A stretch of 64,000 bases of DNA from Collinsella sp. (GCA_052346145.1 DAWDVX010000002.1:6671-70670), one strand, 5' to 3'. Positions 18,806 to 28,770 are shown, counted from the first letter of the stretch. Notes: generated by a model from the sequence alone, not told the origin. Numbers and translations are program-made.

Positions 18806-18840
18806 AAAAAAGGGACCCGTCCATTGCGGACGGATCCCTT
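18806..18840 (-). terminator. Intrinsic terminator after rpsA
   Basis: GC-rich hairpin followed by a T-run on the minus strand. Confidence 0.7.
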
Positions 18841-18864
18841 AAAACAAGTGATCGTCAAACCGAT

Positions 18865-20031
18865 TTACTCGGCGTCGGTCTCCTCGTCCTTCTTCTCGGA
18901 AGGCAGCGGGGTAACCTCGATCTCGACGCCCAGAGTCTCAGCAGCGGACTTCATGGACAGGGAGATACGACGACGGTCGAGGTCGATCTCCATGACCTTG
19001 ACCTGAACCTTGTCGCCCACGTGGGTGACCTGAGAAGGCTGATCGACGTGCTTGTTGGCCATCTCGGAGATGTGCACCAGGCCCTCGATGCCCTCGCCCA
19101 GATCGACGAAAGCGCCGAACGGGACAAGCTTGGTCACAGTGCCCTCGACGATAGCGCCGACGGGGTACTTCTTGACCAGTGCGCGCCACGGATCCTCGGT
19201 GGTCTGCTTGAGACCCAGGGAGATGCGCTCGCGGTTGAGATCGACGTCGAGAACCTCGACCTCGACCTCCTGGCCGACCTTGACAACCTCGGAAGGATGG
19301 TTGACGTGGTTCCAGGAGAGCTCGGAAATGTGGATGAGGCCGTCGATACCACCGAGGTCGACGAAGGCGCCGAAGTCGACGATGGAGGAAACGGTGCCCT
19401 GGAGACGCATGCCAGACTTGAGCTTGGACAGGATCTCGGAGCGCTCGGCCTTACGGGACTCCTCGAGCACGACGCGACGGGAGAGGACGACGTTGTTGCG
19501 GTTGCGGTCCATCTCGATGACGCGGGCCTCGATGCGGGTGCCCATGTAGGAGGTGAGGTCCTTGACGCGACGGAGGTCGACGAGGGAGGCGGGCAGGAAG
19601 CCACGCAGGCCGATGTCGAGGATCAGGCCGCCCTTGACAACCTCGATAACCTCGCCCTCGACGTTCTCGCCGGAGTTGAACTTCTCCTCGATGCGGTTCC
19701 AAGCACGCTCGTACTCGGCACGCTTCTTGGACAGGACCAGACGACCGTCCTTGTCCTCCTTCTGGAGTACCAGAGCCTCGATGGGATCACCGAGTGCAAC
19801 GATGTCTGCAGGGTTAGCGTCCTTGCGGATGGACAGCTCGCGGACCGGGATAACGCCCTCGGACTTGAATCCGATGTCAACGAGCACCTCGTCATGCTCG
19901 ATCTTAACGACAGTGCCGTTAACGAGATCGCCCTCATCAAAGTCGGTAATCGTACCGTCGATGAGGTTGTTCATCTCCTCCTCGTTGACATCGTCAAGAG
20001 AGAAAATGGACGAGTTCTGAATCTCACTCAA
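18865..20031 (-). CDS. rpsA: 30S ribosomal protein S1 (four S1 domains, TTG start)
   Basis: VDIGFKSEGVIP, LSKKRAEYERAW, GLRGFLPASLV, FGAFVDLGGIDGLIHISELSW; strongly biased codons. Confidence 0.97.
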   Translation of the reverse strand: MSEIQNSSIFSLDDVNEEEMNNLIDGTITDFDEGDLVNGTVVKIEHDEVLVDIGFKSEGVIPVRELSIRKDANPADIVALGDPIEALVLQKEDKDGRLVLSKKRAEYERAWNRIEEKFNSGENVEGEVIEVVKGGLILDIGLRGFLPASLVDLRRVKDLTSYMGTRIEARVIEMDRNRNNVVLSRRVVLEESRKAERSEILSKLKSGMRLQGTVSSIVDFGAFVDLGGIDGLIHISELSWNHVNHPSEVVKVGQEVEVEVLDVDLNRERISLGLKQTTEDPWRALVKKYPVGAIVEGTVTKLVPFGAFVDLGEGIEGLVHISEMANKHVDQPSQVTHVGDKVQVKVMEIDLDRRRISLSMKSAAETLGVEIEVTPLPSEKKDEETDAE

Positions 20032-20346
20032 AGGTGGACCCCTTTCGAACTACGGGGCCCCGATTGCTAGGACCTACAGAAGGGTGCGACAAGCACACAA
20101 CGTTTAGGAACACTCGGGAGCCGACAGATACTAATGTGACGCTTATGCAATCACGTTCGTTTAGGTTACGGGGAAATCATTTCGATTTCAAGCGTGAACT
20201 GCGATTTTTTACTCGTATGGAGACTTTTTCGCAATCTTATGAACACACGTCTCCGCAACTTGACGATAACCAGCCAGGCATTCGGCTTTGGGGTAAAGTA
20301 TCCGGAGCCAACGACTCTAGATCAAATTTACGAGAAAGGTGCCCGC

Positions 20347-21105
20347 GTGCTCAAAGCAGTCGTTTTCGATATGGACGAGACGCTTCTTAGCATCAACCTC
20401 AACGCGTTCATCCTTCGCTATTTTAAGGATGTCTCATCGATGCTCGCGGATATCGGGCACCGCAGCCGCGGTGGCACGATGGCGCGCCTCGGCACCATCC
20501 TGGTCGACCTCAACGCCAATCGCCGCAGCGGCACGGACAACCGCACCAATCTTGAGTTTTACCAAGAAGAGGTCGAGCGCCGATGCGGGATCTGCCTCTC
20601 CGATCCCCTCATCTACGAGGCGTTTACCTACTATGACCGCGAAGTTCTTCCGTACAAGAACGACGATGTCATTAACGCCCACGCCATGCCGGGCGCACAC
20701 GCCGCGCTCCAGGCCGTACAGGACGCAGGGCTGCGCTGCGCGCTCTTTACCAACCCCAGCTTTCCCCAGGGCGCCATCGAGTGCCGCATGGGTTGGGGCG
20801 ACCTGGCCGACGCTCCCTTTGAGCTCGTCACGCACATGGGAAACACCACCCGCTGCAAGCCCGATGCCACCTACTATCTAGAGCAGCTTCAGGTGATGGG
20901 GCTCGAGCCGCACGAGGTCCTTATGGTTGGCAACGATCCCAAACGCGACTTCCCGTCCCCCGATTGCGGCATCCAAACCGCCTTTGTGGGCCAGGGCAAG
21001 CCCAGCCGAGCCACCTGGCGCGGAACCATGGAAGACTTCGCCCGCGACTTTAACGCCGTAATCGAGGCCTTCTACGAGCACCAAATAGCCGACGAACTAT
21101 CGTAG
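20347..21105 (+). CDS. HAD-family hydrolase
   Basis: VFDMDETLL, FTNP, CKPD, LMVGND; GTG start after GAAAGG. Confidence 0.85.
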   Translation: MLKAVVFDMDETLLSINLNAFILRYFKDVSSMLADIGHRSRGGTMARLGTILVDLNANRRSGTDNRTNLEFYQEEVERRCGICLSDPLIYEAFTYYDREVLPYKNDDVINAHAMPGAHAALQAVQDAGLRCALFTNPSFPQGAIECRMGWGDLADAPFELVTHMGNTTRCKPDATYYLEQLQVMGLEPHEVLMVGNDPKRDFPSPDCGIQTAFVGQGKPSRATWRGTMEDFARDFNAVIEAFYEHQIADELS

Positions 21106-21124
21106 GCGCCAGAACATCTAGCGC

Positions 21125-21191
21125 AGTTGCGGTGAGATAGTTCCTGTTTGCCCCTCACCCGGGTAATTTTAGGAACTATCTCACCGCAACT
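21125..21191. repeat. 67-bp inverted-repeat element, copy 2
   Basis: 21-bp perfect arms AGTTGCGGTGAGATAGTTCCT/AGGAACTATCTCACCGCAACT with a 25-nt centre. Confidence 0.85.
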
Positions 21192-21197
21192 TAATAT

Positions 21198-22517
21198 CTA
21201 GCAGACCTGGGTTTTACCGATCATGATGTTGAGGATCTCGATGTCGGTGTCCTTCATGCCCACGCGGCCCACGTAGCCCATGCTGGCAATCGTCTGCTCG
21301 ACGGTATCCTGAATGAGACCCTCGCCGGCGCGGAAGCCGCGGCCCTGCATGGCCATATCGTGGCCCAGAATCGCAGCATCAACGGCAGCGGAAATCTTAG
21401 CCGCGCAACTCGCCTTGGCGCCATCGCACACGATGCCGCCAACGTTGCCGAGCGTGTTCGAGACTGTCGCGCCGATCTGCTCGCGCGTGCCGCCACACAG
21501 CCAGGTAATCGCGGCGCCGGCGCCGCACGCGGCGCAAATAGCACCGCAAAACGCCGAGAGCGCACCAATATAGCTCTTGATATGTACGGCGATAAGATCG
21601 GACAGCATCACGGCGCGCACCAGGCGCTCGTGGTCGCAACGCAGGTACTCGGCATACTCCATGACGGGCAATGCGCAGGTAATGCCCTGATTGCCCGAGC
21701 CGCACACAATGGCGACCGGCAGCGCGCAGCCGTTCATGCGGGCGTCGGACCCGGCGGCCGCACGGGCACGGGCACGGCAGGCGACGTCATCGGCACGAGC
21801 ACCCAGCAGCGTACGGCCCACCTCGGCGCCCCAAGCGTGCGCGAGACCCTCGGCACTGATCGCGCCATTCAGCTCAATCTGACGCTCAACGGCAGCGCGG
21901 GCGTCCTCAATGTCACCGTCCTCGATAAAGTCGATGATGGTCTCGATCGACATGGGCGTGTCGGCGTTATCTGCCGCACGCTCGGCCACCACGCGCTCGG
22001 CGCAGGCGGCGCACTCCCCCGCCGACTTACCGCATACCGGAATACCGTCGAGCGTATGGCACGTGACATTAGTGTGGTGATCGGTAATCTCGACGACCGC
22101 GGTATGGCCCCCGGCCGTCGCAGTCACCTTGATGTAGAGGTTGGGCACACCCTCGACAAGCGACACATCGCAGTAGTCCGCATCGGCAAGCAGCTCGGCC
22201 ACGCGGGCGCGGTCCGCGTCATCGACGCTCTCGAGCACCTCGAGCGCGCTCTTGGCGTCGCCGCCCACGGCACCCAGCACGGCCGCGGCTTCAATACCAT
22301 GCATTCCGCCCGAGTTGGGCACGGTCACGCTCTTGACGTTCTTGATGATGTTGCCCGAGCAGGCAACGTCCATATGATCGGGTTCGCAACCGAGCGTCTG
22401 GCTCGCCAGCGCCGCTGCATAAGCAACGGCAATGGGCTCGGTGCAGCCGAGTGCACAAACAAGTTCGCGGTTCAAAACATCGCAAAACGCGGCATCACGA
22501 AGGGAATCGGCAGGCAT
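21198..22517 (-). CDS. L-cysteine desulfidase-like protein (YhaM/CdsB, serine dehydratase alpha family)
   Basis: ALGCTEPIAVA, NIIKNVKSVTVP, AGSDARMNGC, GSGNQGI, LSAFCG, CDGAKASCAAK. Confidence 0.88.
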   Translation of the reverse strand: MPADSLRDAAFCDVLNRELVCALGCTEPIAVAYAAALASQTLGCEPDHMDVACSGNIIKNVKSVTVPNSGGMHGIEAAAVLGAVGGDAKSALEVLESVDDADRARVAELLADADYCDVSLVEGVPNLYIKVTATAGGHTAVVEITDHHTNVTCHTLDGIPVCGKSAGECAACAERVVAERAADNADTPMSIETIIDFIEDGDIEDARAAVERQIELNGAISAEGLAHAWGAEVGRTLLGARADDVACRARARAAAGSDARMNGCALPVAIVCGSGNQGITCALPVMEYAEYLRCDHERLVRAVMLSDLIAVHIKSYIGALSAFCGAICAACGAGAAITWLCGGTREQIGATVSNTLGNVGGIVCDGAKASCAAKISAAVDAAILGHDMAMQGRGFRAGEGLIQDTVEQTIASMGYVGRVGMKDTDIEILNIMIGKTQVC

Positions 22518-22789
22518 AGGTATCTCCTACTTGTATAACGGGCTGGGCTCTCAATAATAATTAGCTCTTTTATTTGATAACAATGCATCAAAAACCGCAA
22601 CCCAGGTTCCGGTAGACGGCATTCAGGCGCAAACTGACGGCATTCATTCATGAGAAACCGGTCTTGTTGCATGCTAAAGCGTTTGACCAAAAAAACGCCC
22701 AAGCGTTTACACAAAAGTCGCGCTATCATGCAGTCGAACGCGGTAAAACCTTTAGCAATCTCGCCGCACAGACCAGAGAGGAACTATCC

Positions 22790-23257
22790 ATGAAGATCGG
22801 TATCGGTAACGACCACGCCGCCGTCGAGCTCAAGAACATCATCTCCGAGCACCTGAAGGAGCGCGGCTGCGAGGTCGTGAACTTTGGCACCGACACCTCC
22901 GAGAGCTTTGACTACCCCATCGCCGGCTACAAGGTGGGTAAGGCCGTTGCCAACGGCGACGTCGATCTAGGCATCCTGATCTGTGGCACCGGCGTCGGTA
23001 TCAGCCTGGCTGCCAACAAGGTCGAGGGCGTACGCGCCGTCGTGTGCTCCGAGCCCTTCAGCGCCAAGCTCTCCCGCATGCACAACAATACCAACGTGCT
23101 CGCTTTTGGCGCCCGCGTCGTGGGCTCCGAGCTCGCCAAGATGATCGTCGACGAGTGGCTCGACGCCGAGTTTGAGGGTGGTCGTCACGAGCGTCGCGTT
23201 AACCTCCTCAACGAGATCGATCACACGCGCGCCCTTAAGATCGTCGACGAAGCCTAA
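22790..23257 (+). CDS. rpiB: Ribose 5-phosphate isomerase B
   Basis: GNDHA, DYP, ICGTGVGISLAANKV, HNNTNVL, FEGGRHERRV. Confidence 0.95.
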   Translation: MKIGIGNDHAAVELKNIISEHLKERGCEVVNFGTDTSESFDYPIAGYKVGKAVANGDVDLGILICGTGVGISLAANKVEGVRAVVCSEPFSAKLSRMHNNTNVLAFGARVVGSELAKMIVDEWLDAEFEGGRHERRVNLLNEIDHTRALKIVDEA

Positions 23258-23281
23258 ACTATTCAGTGCCACAAGCTAACA

Positions 23282-23370
23282 GCAGGGGCCCGCTCGGAAC
23301 ACATGTCCGAGCGGGCCCCTGCATAGATTTTGGAATAAAAGGGCGCCGCGGATGGAGTTCCGCGGCGCCC
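23282..23370. terminator. Two GC-rich hairpins between convergent rpiB and ndk
   Basis: GCAGGGGCCCGCTCGGA/TCCGAGCGGGCCCCTGC and GGGCGCCGCGGA/TCCGCGGCGCCC. Confidence 0.65.
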
Positions 23371-23408
23371 AAGCCACACGCTAACAGCTTTAAGGAGTCA
23401 AAGCTGGT

Positions 23409-23813
23409 TTAGCCAAAGAAGCGCTTGATCTCAATCTCGGCGTTCTCCAGGCAGTCGGAGCCATGGATCACGTTGGCGTTGACATCGACGGCAAAGTCGC
23501 CGCGGATGGTACCAGGAGCAGCCTCAAGCGGGTTGGTAGCGCCCATGAGGGTGCGCATCTTAGCAACAGCGGAGAGACCGGAAACGACCATCTTGACGAC
23601 CGGACCGCTCGTCATAAAGTCGCAGAGACCGCCAAAGAAGGGCTTGTCGGCCAGATGGGCGTAGTGCTCCTCGACGGTAGCGCGCTCGAGCGTGGTCATC
23701 TCCATGCGCTCGATGACAAGGCCGCTGCGCTCAATGCGAGCAACGATCTCGCCGATCTTGCGGTCGCGCACGGCGTCGGGCTTAATCATGATGAAGGTCT
23801 TCTCGATAGCCAT
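23409..23813 (-). CDS. ndk: Nucleoside diphosphate kinase
   Basis: TFIMIKPDAV, HYAH, MTSGP, PGTIRGDFA, NVIHGSD. Confidence 0.97.
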   Translation of the reverse strand: MAIEKTFIMIKPDAVRDRKIGEIVARIERSGLVIERMEMTTLERATVEEHYAHLADKPFFGGLCDFMTSGPVVKMVVSGLSAVAKMRTLMGATNPLEAAPGTIRGDFAVDVNANVIHGSDCLENAEIEIKRFFG

Positions 23814-24198
23814 AAAAGTAGCCTTTCAAGTAGGTTCGCGCGTGCCCAAGTCCCATTCCGGCACCCGCCTGGACTGCATCGTAACAGAGTTTTAGCTGCA
23901 GTTAAACAAAAAGCTGTTTATTGAAACGTTGCAATTTATTAAAGCGCTCCATATGTGTCACTTCTGTTTCGAAGCCCGATTAGAGTACCATCCGACCGCC
24001 CATCAACCGCGCCGAACAGAGCAGGCGGTCGGTTGCCGCCCGCGAACGTATCCCCTTCACAACCTGCCCAAAGGTCCTACAGAAGTTCTCGACAAGCCCC
24101 TCCCCCATAGCAACAAAATACGGGCTCCCACATCAGCAGGCGCCCGTAAAGCGAAAACGATTTATCAATACATGGCCAAAACGGCTTCGGCCAAACCT

Positions 24199-25629
24199 CT
24201 ACTTTGCCCCGTGACCCATCTCGACGACCTTGGTTAGCGATTCAAACACACCTTCGTCGACCACGAGCTGCGCCTCGGCACGCTGCAGCTGCACGGCAAC
24301 GGCGGCAGGGGCGGTGCCGCCCTCGGTCGTGCGCGCGGCGACAATCGACGGGATGTCGAGCGCCTCGGTAATGTCGCGCTCAAAGAGCGGACTTGCCTCC
24401 TGGAACACCTCAAACGGCAGGTCCTCAAGATTGCAGCCGCGCTTCTCGCACATCAGGACCAGATGGCCCACCACGGCATGTGCCTCGCGGAACGGCAGGC
24501 CACGCTTGGCCAGGTAATCGGCAACATCGGTGGCGGCAAGGTGCCCCACGCCGCACTCGCGCGCCATGGCATCCTCGTTGACGGTCCAAGTCGAAATCAT
24601 TCCGGCCATAACGGACAGGCACTGCATGAGCGTATGGGCGGTATCGAGCGCGCCCTCCTTGTCCTCCTGCAAGTCCTTGTTATAAGCAAGCGGCAAGCCC
24701 TTCATGGTTACCAGCAGCTGCACCAGGTTGCCGTACACGCGACCGCTCTTGCCGCGGATAAGCTCGGCAAAGTCGGGGTTCTTCTTCTGCGGCATGATAG
24801 ACGAGCCGGTGGAGTAGGAGTCTGAAAGCGTGATAAAGCCAAATTCGGAGCTCGACCACAGCACGATCTCCTCGGAAAGACGCGACAGGTGCATCGCCAT
24901 GACGGATCCGGCGTAATGCAGATCGAGCAGGAAATCACGGTCGGAAACCGCATCGAGCGAATTGGGGATCACGCCCGCAAAGCCAAGTTCAGCAGCCGTC
25001 ATCTGGCGATCGAGCGGATAGCTCGTACCGGCAAGCGCGGCAGCACCCAGCGGGCAGTTGTCGGCGGCATCAAAGGCGGCCTTCAGGCGCGTAAAGTCGC
25101 GCGCGAACATCCAGGAATACGCCAGCAGATGATGCGAGAGCAGCACGGGCTGAGCGTGCTGCATATGCGTGTAGCCCGGCAGAATCACCTTGTCGTACTT
25201 CTTGGCCGCATCCACCAGCACATGGCGCAGCTCAAGATTGGCCTCCATGAGCTCCTTGGCCAGCGCCTTGACGCCAAGGCGCGTATCGGTCGCCACCTGG
25301 TCGTTGCGCGAACGCCCAGTATGCAAGCGCTTGCCAGCCTCGCCGATGCGACGCGTCAGCTCGCTCTCGATGGACATATGAATGTCCTCATCGTTGATAT
25401 CGAAGGTGAAGTTGCCGGCATCGATATCCTGTTCGATTCCGGTCAGGCCCTTGGCAATCGCCTGCTCGTCCTCGGCACTGATGATGCCCTGGGCGGCCAA
25501 CATCTTGGCATGCGCCTTAGAGCCGGCGATATCCTGCTTATAGAGATGTTTGTCGACCGGCAGCGACGCGCCAAACTCCTGCGTGACCTCGGCCACGCCC
25601 GCCTCAAAACGACCGCCCCAAAGAGCCAT
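24199..25629 (-). CDS. argH: Argininosuccinate lyase
   Basis: MALWGGRF, HTGRSRNDQ, PGYTHMQHAQP, GSSIMPQKKNPD, YNKDLQEDKE. Confidence 0.96.
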   Translation of the reverse strand: MALWGGRFEAGVAEVTQEFGASLPVDKHLYKQDIAGSKAHAKMLAAQGIISAEDEQAIAKGLTGIEQDIDAGNFTFDINDEDIHMSIESELTRRIGEAGKRLHTGRSRNDQVATDTRLGVKALAKELMEANLELRHVLVDAAKKYDKVILPGYTHMQHAQPVLLSHHLLAYSWMFARDFTRLKAAFDAADNCPLGAAALAGTSYPLDRQMTAAELGFAGVIPNSLDAVSDRDFLLDLHYAGSVMAMHLSRLSEEIVLWSSSEFGFITLSDSYSTGSSIMPQKKNPDFAELIRGKSGRVYGNLVQLLVTMKGLPLAYNKDLQEDKEGALDTAHTLMQCLSVMAGMISTWTVNEDAMARECGVGHLAATDVADYLAKRGLPFREAHAVVGHLVLMCEKRGCNLEDLPFEVFQEASPLFERDITEALDIPSIVAARTTEGGTAPAAVAVQLQRAEAQLVVDEGVFESLTKVVEMGHGAK

Positions 25630-25747
25630 GGAACCGTCTCCTTTCTCCAAATACCAAAACAAGCGTCCAAAGCAATGTGCCCTGTCGCTAAAGCGATCTA
25701 TCAACCGCTAGTTTTACACACTCCCTGCCGCGCGCGGGGCCATGTGG

Positions 25748-25918
25748 CTAATTTGCAAAGAAGTGACGCACCATGCACTTGGCGCCCAACGTCTCCCTCC
25801 GGATGTTGCCCTGCGAACCATCGATCCAGGCCTTCAGGCTCATAGGAACGTCCTCGACCTTTACAGCATCGAACTCGGGCGCGAGGGCAAGCAAAGCATG
25901 CGCGATAGCATTGAACAT
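25748..25918 (-). CDS. Small hypothetical protein, 56 aa
   Basis: GAGGAG RBS, then MFNAIAHALLALAPEFDAVKVEDVPMSLKAWIDGSQGNIRRETLGAKCMVRHFFAN*; below the ORF-track length cutoff. Confidence 0.6.
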   Translation of the reverse strand: MFNAIAHALLALAPEFDAVKVEDVPMSLKAWIDGSQGNIRRETLGAKCMVRHFFAN

Positions 25919-25959
25919 AATGGATACTCCTCATATATAGGCACAGAGCCGCCAAATTG

Positions 25960-25996
25960 ATAGAAGGAGCCCCGCCGGACAACCCCGGCGGGGCTC
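25960..25996 (-). terminator. GC hairpin, probable argG terminator
   Basis: GAGCCCCGCCGG/CCGGCGGGGCTC perfect 12-bp stem. Confidence 0.55.
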
Positions 25997-26149
25997 GGAC
26001 TCAGCCGCAGACGCGGCATCATATATGCGGGCGGAACGTAGGGGCCACCGATGTTAAGAAGTGTCAGCAAGCATAACGAAAGGTAGGGACCCCGTGCGCC
26101 CGTTATGTATCACGCGGATGGGCCGCGCGGATACCAAGGGAAGGAGGCG

Positions 26150-27376
26150 CTAGGCCTGGGCGGCAGCAGAGCTGGGGCCCTGGACCTTTGCCCACGTCTT
26201 GAGCGACAGCGTATCGATCTCGATAAAGCCGGCACTGGCCTTCTCGTCAAACGTGGTGTCGCGGTCGTAGGTAGCCAGACCGTAGTCGTAGAGGCTGAAG
26301 GGGCTCTTGCGGCCGACGACATGGCAGTTGCCCTTAAAGAACTTCAGACGGACAGTGCCGGTCACGAACTTTTGCGTGTCGGCCATAAAGGCATCGAGCG
26401 CGTTTTTGAGCGGGCTGTACCACTGGCCGTTGTACACGGCGGTGGCCCAATCCTGCTCGAGCTTGATCTTGGTCTTGAGCAGGTCGCCCTCGACGCAGAT
26501 GTCCTCGAGCGCCTTGTGGGCGGTGATGAGCGTCAGGGCACCGGGAACCTCGTAGCACTCGCGGCTCTTAAGGCCCACCAGGCGATCCTCGACCAGATCG
26601 AGACGGCCAAAGCCATTGTCGCCGGAGATCTTGTTGAGGGCGATGACGATCTCGGAGAGTTTCATCTTCTTGCCGTCGACGGCGACGGGCTTGCCGGCCT
26701 CAAACTCAATCTCGGTGTAGGTCGGGGTGTCCGGGGTGTCCTCGGGATTCTTGGTCATAACCCAAGCGTCGTCGAGCGGCTCGTTCCAGGGATCCTCCAG
26801 GTGACCGCACTCAATGGCACGACCCCACAGGTTGTCGTCGATGGAGTAGGGGTTGTCGTTGGCACCCTCGGGAACCGGCACGTTGTGGGCGTGGGCATAG
26901 GCGACCTCGTCGGGACGGCACTTCAGGTCCCACTCGCGAACCGGGGCGATAACCTTGAGCTCGGGGTCGAGGGCCTTGACGGCGGCCTCAAAACGGACCT
27001 GGTCGTTACCCTTGCCGGTGCAGCCGTGGGCGACGTAGGTCGCGCCAAACTCGTGAGCGACCTCGACGAGCTTCTTGGCGAGCAGCGGGCGAGAAAGAGC
27101 CGAGAGCAGCGGATACTTGTTCTCGTACATGGAGTTTGCGGCGATGGCCTTAGTCAGGAACTCATCAGAGAACTCGTCGCGCAGGTCGAGCACCTGACAA
27201 TCGAGAACGCCCAGGTCGAGTGCCTTCTGCTTCTTGGCATCCAGTCCGGTCTCTTCCTGGCCCACGTTGCCGCAGACGCAAACGACATCGAGATTCTTCT
27301 CGTCCTGGAGCCACTTGACACATACGGATGTATCAAGACCACCGGAATATGCGAGAACGACTTTTTCCTTGCTCAT
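26150..27376 (-). CDS. argG: Argininosuccinate synthase
   Basis: VLAYSGGLDTS, SALSRP, HGCTGKGNDQVRFE, YSIDDNLWGR, LKSRECYEVP. Confidence 0.97.
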   Translation of the reverse strand: MSKEKVVLAYSGGLDTSVCVKWLQDEKNLDVVCVCGNVGQEETGLDAKKQKALDLGVLDCQVLDLRDEFSDEFLTKAIAANSMYENKYPLLSALSRPLLAKKLVEVAHEFGATYVAHGCTGKGNDQVRFEAAVKALDPELKVIAPVREWDLKCRPDEVAYAHAHNVPVPEGANDNPYSIDDNLWGRAIECGHLEDPWNEPLDDAWVMTKNPEDTPDTPTYTEIEFEAGKPVAVDGKKMKLSEIVIALNKISGDNGFGRLDLVEDRLVGLKSRECYEVPGALTLITAHKALEDICVEGDLLKTKIKLEQDWATAVYNGQWYSPLKNALDAFMADTQKFVTGTVRLKFFKGNCHVVGRKSPFSLYDYGLATYDRDTTFDEKASAGFIEIDTLSLKTWAKVQGPSSAAAQA

Positions 27377-27582
27377 GGCTGTTTCCTTTCGCCCTTGGTA
27401 GCTAGTTAGAACATCGGTCAGTTGCAAGTCACCTTGAGGTCAAAAACCGTGCAATATCAGGTTATTCAGCAGAATGCATCACAGGCATGCCCTAGAAACA
27501 TGCGGCTATGTCGTGCTTAAAACCCAACGACCTCAAAATGACTCTGTTGAGGCATTGCGCCCCATGCGGACAGAGACGATTG

Positions 27583-27657
27583 TTATCGTCGTCGGGAAAT
27601 TGCGCGCTGGCGTCGGATGGCATTGTCTGCAGTGGTGATGATCTTTACGAACTGCAT
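27583..27657 (-). CDS. Putative arginine-sensing leader peptide MQFVKIITTADNAIRRQRAISRRR
   Basis: AAAGGAGAGG RBS; 6 Arg in the last 10 codons (4 CGA), ending CGA CGA CGA TAA, ~200 nt upstream of argG. Confidence 0.7.
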   Translation of the reverse strand: MQFVKIITTADNAIRRQRAISRRR

Positions 27658-27931
27658 CTGCCTCTCCTTTCACCTATCGCCGGGCGCAATTCAAATATCG
27701 CAAACGGTACCTTTTCCTCGGTAAGCGGTTGTTTTTCCGTCTCCGTTTTCGATGGTCGCTATATTACGCTAAAGTGCCCGCAGCACAAGCGACAAATTCA
27801 AATTTCTGAAAAGTTTTTTCATTACTTTGTGAAGCGTGGTGCAAATACGCTCCGTTCCTGCGAAAATACGCCCGACTACGAATTGATGGTTATAACGTCT
27901 GAAACAATCTCGAAACGAAAGGCTCGCTTTT

Positions 27932-28759
27932 ATGCAAACTTACGAATCGGACGCCAATATCGGAAACATTAAGATTCTCGCCGTCGACATGGACAAGACG
28001 CTACTCACCGACGAGCGCGTGTTACCGCAGGGTCTTGATGAACGCCTGGACAAGCTCGCCGACGCCGGCATCGTATTCTGCCCTGCCAGCGGACGTCCCG
28101 CCCCCAAGCTCGAGGAGATGTTCGAGGGCATCAAAAACAGTCTTGCTTTTTGTCCCGATAACGGAGCCTGCGTCATCTATCGCGGCAACTATATCTATAA
28201 GAGCAATATTGACGTGGAGCTGTATCAGCAGGTCTTGAGCCGTGCCTCGGAGGATCCGCGCGCTGTCCCCGTCCTGTGCTGCTTCGACGAGTTCTACGTG
28301 CTTGCCCGCGACCATCAGTACCACGACGAGATCAGCGTCTACTACAACACAATCAACTACGTCGACAGCTTTGAGGGCATTGATTTCGAGTCCAACAAGA
28401 TTTCGGTCTTCTTCCCTGGCTACGATGCCGAGCCCGCATTCCGCGAGACCTATAGCCCCGAGTTCTCGGACAAACTCTACGTCACCAACGCCGGGCGCGA
28501 GTGGATCGACTTTATGAACCTGGGCGTTGACAAGGGCGCCGGCGTCGCGCACCTGTGCGAGCACCTGGGCATCGATATCGCCGATGCTGCCGCCGTGGGC
28601 GATACCTACAACGACATCCCCATGCTGGAGCGCGTCGGTCACAGCTTTATCGTGGACAATGCCGAAGAGCACATGAACGCGCACGCCAAGTGGCGCATTC
28701 CGAGCAACAACGACGGGGGCGTACTGACGCTCATCGACGCCATCCTGGCGGCTCGTTAA
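27932..28759 (+). CDS. Cof-type HAD-IIB family hydrolase
   Basis: AVDMDKTLL, ASGR, DNGA, VDKG, VGDTYNDIPML, NNDGGV. Confidence 0.9.
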   Translation: MQTYESDANIGNIKILAVDMDKTLLTDERVLPQGLDERLDKLADAGIVFCPASGRPAPKLEEMFEGIKNSLAFCPDNGACVIYRGNYIYKSNIDVELYQQVLSRASEDPRAVPVLCCFDEFYVLARDHQYHDEISVYYNTINYVDSFEGIDFESNKISVFFPGYDAEPAFRETYSPEFSDKLYVTNAGREWIDFMNLGVDKGAGVAHLCEHLGIDIADAAAVGDTYNDIPMLERVGHSFIVDNAEEHMNAHAKWRIPSNNDGGVLTLIDAILAAR

Positions 28760-28770
28760 CGTTGCTCGTC

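Noticed and set aside
18499..20070. Long antisense ORFs (opposite rpsA, ftsZ, argG, murD, metY and others)
   Set aside because: These are expected shadow frames of GC-rich, codon-biased genes, with no RBS or family motifs.
22672..22757. LacI-type operators upstream of rpiB (GCTAAAGCGTTTGAC, GGTAAAACCTTTAGC)
   Set aside because: Only weak palindromes; not supportable without comparative data.
26000..26149. Structured argG 3' region with two GTAGGG/CCCTAC motifs (possible 3'-UTR sRNA or GTAG-type REP remnant)
   Set aside because: The stems are short and imperfect, and there is no independent promoter or second copy in the window.
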